A stretch of 22,160 nucleotides of DNA from NCBI GenBank assembly GCA_048939465.1, contig JBHLPL010000022.1:1-22160 (forward strand), written 5' to 3'. The DNA is from Promethearchaeota archaeon. GTDB taxonomy: Archaea > Asgardarchaeota > Odinarchaeia > Odinarchaeales > JBHLKK01. The notes beneath the pieces are model-generated. The model was not told where the DNA came from. It saw only the letters and a program-made list of their open reading frames with translations, and did not search any database. Shown in pieces: positions 7,711 to 15,183 of this stretch. The translations under genes were made by a program, and so were the position numbers. Positions within the stretch are counted from its first letter, which is position 1, and each line of letters opens with the position of its first letter.

Positions 7711-9462
7711 ATGAAGGTTAATGATATTTCGATTTTGATCGGAGGAGAAGCTGGCGCAGGAATCACTCGTTCAGGTTATCTTTTGGCTAAAGCCTGTATC
7801 CGAGGCGGTCTCAACGTCTTTGGTGCCAATGACTACCAATCTCTCATAAGAGGCGGGCACAATTTCTACGTTCTTAACATAAAAGCTGAAGAAGTATATT
7901 CACAAGCAGGCCGTACAGATCTGCTCGTTGCACTGAACGATGAGACTATTACTCGTCATAGGGATCGAATGATTTCAGGAGGCGCAATTATCTACGACGG
8001 AGACAATGCCAACTTGAGCCCTAAAATACTGAACAGGAAGGATGTCAGGCTGTACGGAGTTCCTCTGAAAAAGATTGCCAAAGAAGAATTAGAAGGGCAA
8101 ATACTGATGAGAAATACTGTTGCCATTGGAGCTGTATTCGCTCTTGTTAACTACGATTTGGAGCTACTAGAAGGAGTCCTAAAAGACACATTTAAGCCAA
8201 AAATAGCTGAGGCAAACATAAAGGCAGCAAACAAAGGATATGATTATCTAAAAAGCAGTTTTGAGGATGATTTTGGGTATAGGCTTAGAAGAATAGAGAA
8301 GGATCCCAAACAGAAGATCTTTCCTACGGGAAACGAAGCTGTTGGGCTAGGTGCGATTAGTGCTGGATGCAAGTTTTATGTAGCTTACCCGATGACCCCC
8401 TCAACCGGAGTTCTCCATTTTATGGCAGCCAACCAAAGGAAATATGACATGCTTGTTCTGCAACCAGAGGGAGAGATTGCCGCAATGAATATGGCTGCTG
8501 GAGCAGCTTTTGCCGGCGTCAGAGCCATGACTTCAACTTCAGGTGGGGGTTTCTGCCTTATGAGTGAGGCTCTCGGGATGGCAGCTATGACAGAGACGCC
8601 CGTTGTTGTTATGGTATCCCAGAGAACCGGACCAAGCACAGGACTCCCCACTTACACTGCCCAGGGAGATCTAAGGTTTGTCATTCACGCTTCGCAAGGT
8701 GAGTTTCCAAGAGTCGTCATTGCTCCAGGAGACGCTGAGGAGTGTTACTATGAGACCATGAGAGCATTTAACTGGGCTGAAAAGTATCAGATTCCAGTCA
8801 TTCTTCTAATGGATAAATACCTTTCTGAGAGTCAGATGTCAGTTCAGCCATTCAATTCAAATGAGGTAGAGGTTGAAAGGGGCGAACTGATCACTGACGA
8901 GTATAACGGTGATGAGGAGTACAAGAGACACAGAATAACAGAGACAGGGATATCCCCAAGAGCTATTCCGCTCACCAGAGGCGCAATCGTTCGAACTAAT
9001 GCTGATGAGCACGGGGAATATGGCCTTACAACCGAGGATCCTGAGATGACGACAAAAATGATTGACAAGAGGATGAGGAAACTCACTTACTTGGCTAAAG
9101 AGCTTGAAGAAAGGGACATAAAAACGACAAAGCTGTATGGCCCAAGAGACTCTCAAGCAACAGTAATCTCTTGGGGGTCTACAAAGGGCCCGATAAGGGA
9201 AACACTGAAACTCCTAGGCAAAGAAAGAATCAATGTAGACTTCTTGCAGATTCTCTACATACTGCCGTTCCCAGCCGCAAAAGTTGATGAAATCCTCAAT
9301 CAGGCCAAGAAGACCATCGTAATCGAAAATAACAAGACCTCTCAGCTGTCGACCCTCATCAGAGAACATCTTCTCCGAGACGTAGATCATAGAATCCTGA
9401 AATATGACGGAAGACCCTTTGACCCAGATTACCTATCCCAGAAGATTAAGGAGGTTCTGTGA
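7711..9462 (+). CDS. korA: 2-oxoacid:ferredoxin oxidoreductase subunit alpha (gamma-alpha fusion)
   Basis: GGEAGAG, YQSLIRGGHN, GNEA, YPMTPST, EGEIAA, TSTSGGGF, QRTGPSTGLPT and WGSTKG motifs. Substrate specificity not assignable. Confidence 0.95.
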   Translation: MKVNDISILIGGEAGAGITRSGYLLAKACIRGGLNVFGANDYQSLIRGGHNFYVLNIKAEEVYSQAGRTDLLVALNDETITRHRDRMISGGAIIYDGDNANLSPKILNRKDVRLYGVPLKKIAKEELEGQILMRNTVAIGAVFALVNYDLELLEGVLKDTFKPKIAEANIKAANKGYDYLKSSFEDDFGYRLRRIEKDPKQKIFPTGNEAVGLGAISAGCKFYVAYPMTPSTGVLHFMAANQRKYDMLVLQPEGEIAAMNMAAGAAFAGVRAMTSTSGGGFCLMSEALGMAAMTETPVVVMVSQRTGPSTGLPTYTAQGDLRFVIHASQGEFPRVVIAPGDAEECYYETMRAFNWAEKYQIPVILLMDKYLSESQMSVQPFNSNEVEVERGELITDEYNGDEEYKRHRITETGISPRAIPLTRGAIVRTNADEHGEYGLTTEDPEMTTKMIDKRMRKLTYLAKELEERDIKTTKLYGPRDSQATVISWGSTKGPIRETLKLLGKERINVDFLQILYILPFPAAKVDEILNQAKKTIVIENNKTSQLSTLIREHLLRDVDHRILKYDGRPFDPDYLSQKIKEVL

Positions 9463-10322
9463 TGACTATTGAAGTTAAAGATCTTGAAACTCACAAGAAG
9501 AATACCTGGTGTCCGGGGTGTGGAAACTTCGGAATACTAATCGCTTTTAAGAAGGCCCTAGTAGAGATGGGTCTCGAAAGAGAAGAAGTAGTCGTCGTAT
9601 CCGGAATAGGTTGCCATGGAAAGATGGTTAACTACGTGAACGTGAACGGCTTCCACGGCATTCATGGGAGAGTAATACCTCTGGCATCGGGCATAAAACT
9701 GGCTAATCCCGAATTGACTGTAATTGGCTTTGCTGGAGATGCAGATTGCTACGATGAGGGGTGGGATCACTTCAGTCACGCTATCCGTCGAAACATAGAC
9801 ATGACGCTAATAGTTCACAACAACATGGTCCTCGGCTTAACTACCGGTCAGACAACCTCGACCAGTCAGGTAGGATTTAGAACCAAGTCTACGCCTTTTG
9901 GTTCAGTGAATCCCCCTCTGAATCCTATCGCAAACGCTCTTGTCAGCCGAGCTACTTTTGTCGCGCGTGGATTTGTGGGAGAACCGAAACATCTTCAGCG
10001 TCTGATCGTGGAGGCCGTCAAGCACAGAGGATTCAGTTACATCGACGTCTTTCAAGTCTGTGTGTCCTTCAACTATCTGAATACATATGATTGGTTCCGT
10101 CAAAGAGTTTACAAGCTTGAGGACGAAGGTCATGATTGTACCGATAGACAAAAAGCGTTGGAAAAGAGCTTTGAATGGGGAAATCGAATTCCAATTGGCA
10201 TCTTCTATAAAGAAGAAAAACCCACATACCGCGACCATCTTGTACACTTACAAGACAGACCGCTTACGAGACTACCGATAAAAAACGTAGATATTACTCC
10301 CCTACTCGATGAAATGAAGTAA
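9462..10322 (+). CDS. korB: 2-oxoacid:ferredoxin oxidoreductase subunit beta
   Basis: WCPGCGNFG, SGIGCHG, HGIHGR, TPP-binding GDAD...HNN, GLTTGQTTST, QVC; TGATG overlap with korA. Confidence 0.95.
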   Translation: MTIEVKDLETHKKNTWCPGCGNFGILIAFKKALVEMGLEREEVVVVSGIGCHGKMVNYVNVNGFHGIHGRVIPLASGIKLANPELTVIGFAGDADCYDEGWDHFSHAIRRNIDMTLIVHNNMVLGLTTGQTTSTSQVGFRTKSTPFGSVNPPLNPIANALVSRATFVARGFVGEPKHLQRLIVEAVKHRGFSYIDVFQVCVSFNYLNTYDWFRQRVYKLEDEGHDCTDRQKALEKSFEWGNRIPIGIFYKEEKPTYRDHLVHLQDRPLTRLPIKNVDITPLLDEMK

Positions 10323-10334
10323 GAACAATCATCC

Positions 10335-10348
10335 ACTCTTCTTTTTGC
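10335..10348 (+). terminator. Pyrimidine/oligo-T tract after korB
   Basis: ACTCTTCTTTTTG about 13 nt after the korB stop, between convergent genes; typical archaeal terminator. Confidence 0.45.
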
Positions 10349-10381
10349 TGGGTACCAGATATCAAGTTAGCTAACTCAATC

Positions 10382-11755
10382 TTACTCCTCTTTTAAGGGA
10401 TAGCCTAGGCTTTTCCACGCCTTGATGCCACCGAGAACATTGTAAACCTCTTTGAACCCTAGACTCTTCAGGATACTAGCTCCCAGGCCTCCCCTTCCGC
10501 CCCACCCGCACGTAGTTGCGATAGGTTTTTCATGAGCTATACGGTTGGCCTTCTCAATCAGATGTCCTACGTATATCATCCTAGCTCCATCAATGTGTTC
10601 CTTCTTCCACTCGTGACTATCTCTAACATCAACCAATGTGATCTCATTATTGTCCAATCTCTCTTTTAATTGCGGGGCAGACAGTATACCCAAATGATCT
10701 ATAGGCTTTCCAGCATTTCTCCATTCTTTGATACCAGGGCAGAGATAGCCTATGATGTTGTCAAAGCCGAGCCTACAGAGATAACTCTTCGCTATTTCAA
10801 CATCTTCTTCTCGCTCAGTTACCAGCAGAATTCTCTCATCGTAGGTTATCACCCACCCTGGGAAGTAGCTCATCCCGTCAAGCCAAATATTCAGGGAGGA
10901 AGGTATGTGAGAGCCAGCAAAGCTCTCAGGCTGTCTTGTGTCAATCATGACTGAGTGAGGCCGCTTAATCTCTATTTCAAACTCATCAACGCTTAATGAT
11001 CGGACTGCGGGAGCTTCGTTCAAAAGCGCAGCTCCTTCCAGGTTGTATTGCTCCATTTTGCTGAAATAGGGCGGTCTTAACATTTCCTGTGCGGTCAGAT
11101 GATGCACAAATTCCTCCTTACTTGAGTGCAATAAAGGATTGGTCTTAAGCTCATAGCCTATTGTGCTGAACTCCCTGTCACTAATGTCGCGGCCACAAAT
11201 GCTGCCCGCACCATGGCCCGGATAAACCATAACGTGATCGCCCAAGGGTAGAACTTTACTATGAAGGCTCTCATAGAGCTTCTCGGATTGGTCTTGCCAT
11301 ACATCGATTCCCAGGAGATCCGTCCTTCCAACATCTCCGGCAAACAGTGTATCCCCCGTGAATACAGCTATGGGATCTTTGGTCTTTGTAGATTCAAAAA
11401 CAAGATAGCAAATACTGTCGTTGGTGTGTCCCGGGGTGCCCAAAGCTTCTATTCTTAAGTTACCGATGTCAAAGATGTCACCATCGCTGATCCTGTGTTC
11501 TCCATACTTAAAGGATGTTTCTTTGCTATGGGCAATTTCGGCTCCTGTGGTGTTCTGCAATTCAAGTGAGCCTATTACATAATCCTCGTTTCGATGAGTC
11601 TCAAATATGTACTTGATCTTGGCACATTCCCGCCTCGAGAGTTCCACATAGATTGAACAGTCCCGTCGCGGGTCAACCACCAAGGCCTCTCCCCCATCGG
11701 AGAGGAAGTAGCTGTTGTGTGCAAGCCCCCTTGACTTTATGATCTCGATCTGCAT
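10382..11755 (-). CDS. MBL-fold hydrolase with two rhodanese domains (persulfide dioxygenase/CstB-like architecture)
   Basis: ETHRNEDY, TPGHT, FTGDTLF, YPGHGAGS.CG; rhodanese 1 IDTR..ESF..SHIP; rhodanese 2 VDVRD..EW...HIDGA with active-site CGWGGRG. Confidence 0.88.
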   Translation of the reverse strand: MQIEIIKSRGLAHNSYFLSDGGEALVVDPRRDCSIYVELSRRECAKIKYIFETHRNEDYVIGSLELQNTTGAEIAHSKETSFKYGEHRISDGDIFDIGNLRIEALGTPGHTNDSICYLVFESTKTKDPIAVFTGDTLFAGDVGRTDLLGIDVWQDQSEKLYESLHSKVLPLGDHVMVYPGHGAGSICGRDISDREFSTIGYELKTNPLLHSSKEEFVHHLTAQEMLRPPYFSKMEQYNLEGAALLNEAPAVRSLSVDEFEIEIKRPHSVMIDTRQPESFAGSHIPSSLNIWLDGMSYFPGWVITYDERILLVTEREEDVEIAKSYLCRLGFDNIIGYLCPGIKEWRNAGKPIDHLGILSAPQLKERLDNNEITLVDVRDSHEWKKEHIDGARMIYVGHLIEKANRIAHEKPIATTCGWGGRGGLGASILKSLGFKEVYNVLGGIKAWKSLGYPLKEE

Positions 11756-12012
11756 TTATATGACACCCTTGTCAGGAATTGACTTCTGGTAGTTTTCCAG
11801 AATCGCTCTTTCTACTCTGAAGAACCCGAGCTAATTTAAAGTTCATAATATGCACATTCTTATTAATACCTTCAGGATAATACTTCCAATCTACTTGGGC
11901 ATTCCGCTCCGACGCAGTGGTCCGTGATCTCGTTCAGAGAATACTCATCCAAAAAAAGGGTTAGATGGAGAGGCATGAAATGAATCCCCGGAGGCAGTCA
12001 GAACCTACCGAA

Positions 12013-12732
12013 ATGGGTAGCAAGACTAGAGTCTTAAGGATACTTGAGCTTTTGGAGAAAGAGTACCCGGACGCCAAGACAGCTCTTCATTATTCTAACA
12101 GCTTGGAGTTACTGATCGCCACCATTCTGTCGGCTCAATGCACGGACAGAAGGGTGAACTTAGTCACAAAGAAACTCTTCAAAAAGTATAGAAGGGCAAA
12201 AGATTATGCTCAAGCTGATCTTAAGGAGCTTGAAGAAGACGTAAGACCAACCGGTTTTTATAGAAACAAGGCTAAGAACATCAAAATGTGCTGTCAGCTC
12301 CTGGTCGAAAAGTTCAATTCTAAGGTTCCGAAAACAATGAAGGAGATTCTTGAACTTCCAGGTGTCGCCAGAAAAACAGCGAATATTGTGCTATCCAACG
12401 CTTATGGTGTTATTGAAGGAATAGCAGTGGATACTCATGTTCGTAGACTTGCCAAGAGGTTGGGACTCACAAAGCATGGAGAACCAAACAAAATCGAGAG
12501 AGATTTGATGGAGGCAGTCCCCAGAGACAGATGGATGAGAATCACAGACCTCTTAATCTTTCACGGTAGAAGAATATGCAGCGCAAGGAAACCACAGTGT
12601 AAGATATGTGTTTTAAACCTGCTTTGTCCTTCTGCCTTCACATTCGACAAGGTTAAGCAAGGAACCAATTTACCTTCTTCTCCGCAAGGAGACCCCGTCC
12701 GAAAGGGTGGAGACGAATTACGAGGAGTTTAA
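12013..12732 (+). CDS. nth: Endonuclease III (Nth), with a 17-aa C-terminal extension read into an inserted element
   Basis: LLIATILSAQCTD, HhH LPGVARKTAN, AVDTHV, FeS loop C..RKPQC..C.L...C. Start inferred at MGSKT. Confidence 0.95.
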   Translation: MGSKTRVLRILELLEKEYPDAKTALHYSNSLELLIATILSAQCTDRRVNLVTKKLFKKYRRAKDYAQADLKELEEDVRPTGFYRNKAKNIKMCCQLLVEKFNSKVPKTMKEILELPGVARKTANIVLSNAYGVIEGIAVDTHVRRLAKRLGLTKHGEPNKIERDLMEAVPRDRWMRITDLLIFHGRRICSARKPQCKICVLNLLCPSAFTFDKVKQGTNLPSSPQGDPVRKGGDELRGV

Positions 12733-12893
12733 ATACTTGTTTTCCAGATAGCCTCAAGGAATTGAGCTGAGGTAACACTCGCCAATTCACAAACAAAGTT
12801 TCAGGGCAGGAACTGCCCGCAGAGCCTGTAAGACATATCCCATTGGGGAATGGATGAAACAGGAAGCTCCATCCGAAGGGTGGGGTAGTTCAC
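12680..12893 (+). mobile_element. Miniature non-autonomous IS200/IS605-family (tnpB-type) element, copy A (214 bp)
   Basis: The left end matches 18561-18615 at 43/55 nt ungapped. Related subterminal hairpins at both ends: CCCCGTCC-GAAA-GGGTGGAG and CTCCATCC-GAA-GGGTGGGG. The right end GGAAG...GGGGTAGTTCAC is typical of tnpB-element right ends. Residual TnpB-tail peptides GQELPAEPV and MKQEAPS. No tnpA or intact tnpB. In silico excision restores the nth stop codon. Confidence 0.78.
12728..12735 (+). promoter_or_regulatory. TATA box inside the left end of element A
   Basis: TTTAAATA, conserved at the same offset in copy B (18609-18615). Confidence 0.6.
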
Positions 12894-12913
12894 AAACAAT
12901 ATCACTCTCAGTT
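12757..12913 (+). ncRNA. Candidate TnpB omegaRNA (scaffold to 12893 plus about 20-nt flank-derived guide AAACAATATCACTCTCAGTT)
   Basis: Lies about 25 nt downstream of the TATA box. Dense pairing: CTCAA-GGAA-TTGAG, GAATTG/CAATTC, GGGCAG-GAA-CTGCCC, GAACTGCCC (12810-12818) with GGGTAGTTC (12883-12891), and the right-end hairpin. omegaRNAs are known to derive from the tnpB 3' end/right end. The 5' boundary is inferred. Confidence 0.5.
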
Positions 12914-12917
12914 TCAG
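12786..12917 (+). repeat. Direct repeat TTCACAAACAA...AGTTTCAG, internal versus right-end junction
   Basis: TTCACAAACAA at 12786-12796 and 12889-12899; AGTTTCAG at 12797-12804 and 12910-12917 (10 extra nt in the downstream copy). Confidence 0.8.
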
Positions 12918-12937
12918 TAAAACAGGGTGAGTAAATA

Positions 12938-13414
12938 ATGACCCAATTGCAGATCGGCCAGAAAGCACCTGATTTCACTCTAACGGACATGAATTTGAAG
13001 CAAAGGAAACTGAAAGACTTTCTCAGTAAGACCGTGGTTCTTGCGTTTTATCCCGGAGCTTTTACTTCAGTTTGCACAAAGGAGATGTGCACATTTAGAG
13101 ACTCAATGACACTGCTGAATAACTTGAACGCCCTAGTAGTAGGAATAAGTGTCAATGATCCATTTACGAATAAGGCTTTCGCTGAAGCCAACAGTTTGAA
13201 CTTCCCCTTGTTAAGCGATTACAACAGGGAAGTAGCTGAAGCTTATGGAATAGCAGATACTGATTTTGCAGGTCTGAAGGGTTACACGGTTGCAAAGCGC
13301 TCGATATTCATTATTGACGATGAAGGTACTATTCGTTATGTGTGGGTATCAGATGATCCCCGTGTAGAACCAGACTACGGAGAGATTGAAGAAATCTTGA
13401 AAAAGATTGGTTAA
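12938..13414 (+). CDS. bcp: Peroxiredoxin, BCP/PrxQ type
   Basis: APDFTL, FYPGAFTSVCTKEMC (PxxxTxxC plus CxxxxC), GISVND, FPLLSD, KRSIFIID. Confidence 0.93.
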   Translation: MTQLQIGQKAPDFTLTDMNLKQRKLKDFLSKTVVLAFYPGAFTSVCTKEMCTFRDSMTLLNNLNALVVGISVNDPFTNKAFAEANSLNFPLLSDYNREVAEAYGIADTDFAGLKGYTVAKRSIFIIDDEGTIRYVWVSDDPRVEPDYGEIEEILKKIG

Positions 13415-13555
13415 GATCAGCCTCTGCAAACTGAAGTCTTTTCCGTTTTTTTCTTGCTGCTATCAAGACCCGAGGACTGTGACATAGGGTCAGAATGTTT
13501 ATAAAACTAAAAGAAAATCCAATCCACAAAAGCTTAAGAAAGCGAGAAAAAGCAT

Positions 13556-13957
13556 ATGGAGGAGGCAGATGGTTTGAGTCCTGAAAAGGAGTTTTCGTTG
13601 GATGAGCTTAATAAACCTAAGGATTGGGAAAGCCTGCCCGATATGGCGAAGAAGCACTTACCTATCATCGAAGCACCAGGAAAAGCAAAAGCCAAAGAAC
13701 CCTTTACGGTCAAGATAAAAGTTGGCGGAATAGATGGCGTGGAACATCCAAATATGTTGGGACACTGGATCAACTGGGTTGCACTTTACGATGGGGATCG
13801 ATTAATATCTCGGATTGAATTTGGCCCAGGAATGTGTGACGGGTATGTTGTGAATATCAGCGTGGCACTGGACAAGACTGCAAAACTTAGGGCGCAGGAG
13901 TTCTGCAACCTACATGGCGTATGGGAAGGAAAAGAAAAGAAGGTCATAATCGAATAG
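13556..13957 (+). CDS. sor: 1Fe superoxide reductase (neelaredoxin type)
   Basis: KHLP, EHPN...HWINW, FCNLHGVW iron ligands; no N-terminal desulforedoxin domain. Confidence 0.9.
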   Translation: MEEADGLSPEKEFSLDELNKPKDWESLPDMAKKHLPIIEAPGKAKAKEPFTVKIKVGGIDGVEHPNMLGHWINWVALYDGDRLISRIEFGPGMCDGYVVNISVALDKTAKLRAQEFCNLHGVWEGKEKKVIIE

Positions 13958-14034
13958 AATCTCGTCATCCGCTGAAGCCGAGGGCTTATGCTAGCTAGGC
14001 ATTGAAAAGAAAACGCGTTTTTTGAGGGAAGGCT

Positions 14035-14547
14035 ATGAGTAAAGTATTGATCTTGATTGATGAAGGGTTCGAGGACTCCGAATTCCTGTATCCCTATTAT
14101 CGGTTTCAGGAAGAAGATTACGAGGTAGATGTTGTGGGTTCAGAAGCCAATCAGATCTACACAGGAAAGCGAGGCGTGCCGATGAAGTCGAACCTTTCGC
14201 CGGATCGTGTAAAAATAGAGGACTACGATGCAGTAATAATACCTGGAGGAAGGGCACCAGATCGAATGCGTTTGAACAAGGCCCTGGTCAGAATTGTCAA
14301 AATGGCTCATGAGAAGGGTAAGGTAATTGCAGCAATATGTCATGGTGCCCAAATGTTGATAGAAGCGGATATCGTGCGTGGAAAGAAGGCAACATGCTGG
14401 TATTCCGTGGCAACGGACCTCAAGAATGCTGGAGCTACATATATCGATGCACCGGTTGTGGTTGATGGGAACTTTGTGACTTCACGCTTCCCTGCAGACC
14501 TACCGAGGTTCTGTCAAGAGACAATAAAGTTGCTGAAAAAGCGATGA
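14035..14547 (+). CDS. pfpI: PfpI/DJ-1 family protein (type 1 glutamine amidotransferase-like)
   Basis: FEDSE, DAVIIPGG.APD.MR, AAICHG, VVVDGNFVTSR.P.DL. Confidence 0.92.
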   Translation: MSKVLILIDEGFEDSEFLYPYYRFQEEDYEVDVVGSEANQIYTGKRGVPMKSNLSPDRVKIEDYDAVIIPGGRAPDRMRLNKALVRIVKMAHEKGKVIAAICHGAQMLIEADIVRGKKATCWYSVATDLKNAGATYIDAPVVVDGNFVTSRFPADLPRFCQETIKLLKKR

Positions 14548-14559
14548 TTCTGCAATTAA

Positions 14560-14582
14560 CTGAACTTTCCTCTTCTTTTTTG
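14560..14582 (+). terminator. Oligo-T terminator after pfpI
   Basis: CTGAACTTTCCTCTTCTTTTTT directly after the stop; a similar tract follows the prx stop (13431-13452). Confidence 0.55.
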
Positions 14583-14781
14583 GGTTTTCTGATTAATGGC
14601 AGGAAGGACCCCTTGCTTCAAGCCAGAAAGTGAAAATCTTCCAACCCTCGATTTGATAATTGCGCCAAAAAAAGAAAGATATTCTGGGACTCCGGTGCGG
14701 TGGTAGTAGGCAAAACAGCTGACTCAGGCTGACAAGAGTGGAAAGCCTTCCGAAGATTCTGTGCCCCTCCAAAGGTGGCGT

Positions 14782-15165
14782 CTATTTCTTCCAGAGTCTA
14801 TGTATATTGCAGTATTCTCTTGCCTTTATCTCTTCGTATTTGCCTGCTTTGAACTCAGCCTCTGGTTTTTGTCCCGGCTTTAACCAAACTCGCTGTACAT
14901 CCCCGTCTGTAATGAGCTCTACGAACTCTATATAGTGCTTTTCCTCCATTGGATGTGGTACACTTCCGACTTTGACCTTAATTACATCTCCAGATTTCTC
15001 GATTACCGGAACATGTTTCTCGTATCCTTTTTCTTCAGTCTGTTCTGCAAGAAGTTCCATCGGCTGCCCGCAACAAACGAGTGTTCCTATTCCAGAATGT
15101 AGCACTTCGACGATATTTCCACAAATGTTGCATCTATAGATTTGTCTCACTGCAGTTTTAGTCAT
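14782..15165 (-). CDS. dfx: Desulfoferrodoxin (2Fe superoxide reductase)
   Basis: [12 protein letters not shown]...LVCCGQPM (desulforedoxin domain), [19 protein letters not shown]. Confidence 0.95.
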   Translation of the reverse strand: MTKTAVRQIYRCNICGNIVEVLHSGIGTLVCCGQPMELLAEQTEEKGYEKHVPVIEKSGDVIKVKVGSVPHPMEEKHYIEFVELITDGDVQRVWLKPGQKPEAEFKAGKYEEIKAREYCNIHRLWKK

Positions 15166-15183
15166 TCATTCACCCTCCTTTTT

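Noticed and set aside
11975-12000. ATGAA...GAATCCCC-GGAGGCAGTCA resembling a collapsed IS605 right end
   Set aside because: The hairpin is absent and the similarity is too short.
12757-12900. Alternative identities for the structured segment: H/ACA guide (stems followed by ACA), twister or hammerhead ribozyme, cobalamin or c-di-GMP riboswitch
   Set aside because: No valid K-turn or pseudouridylation pocket and catalytic or ligand cores are incomplete. The second left-end copy and TnpB-tail peptides explain it better as an IS relic.
14686-14775. tRNA-like look (GGTGCGGTGGTAG..., CAGCT-GACTCA-GGCTG)
   Set aside because: No T-arm (GTTCRA), 6-nt loop and no acceptor stem.
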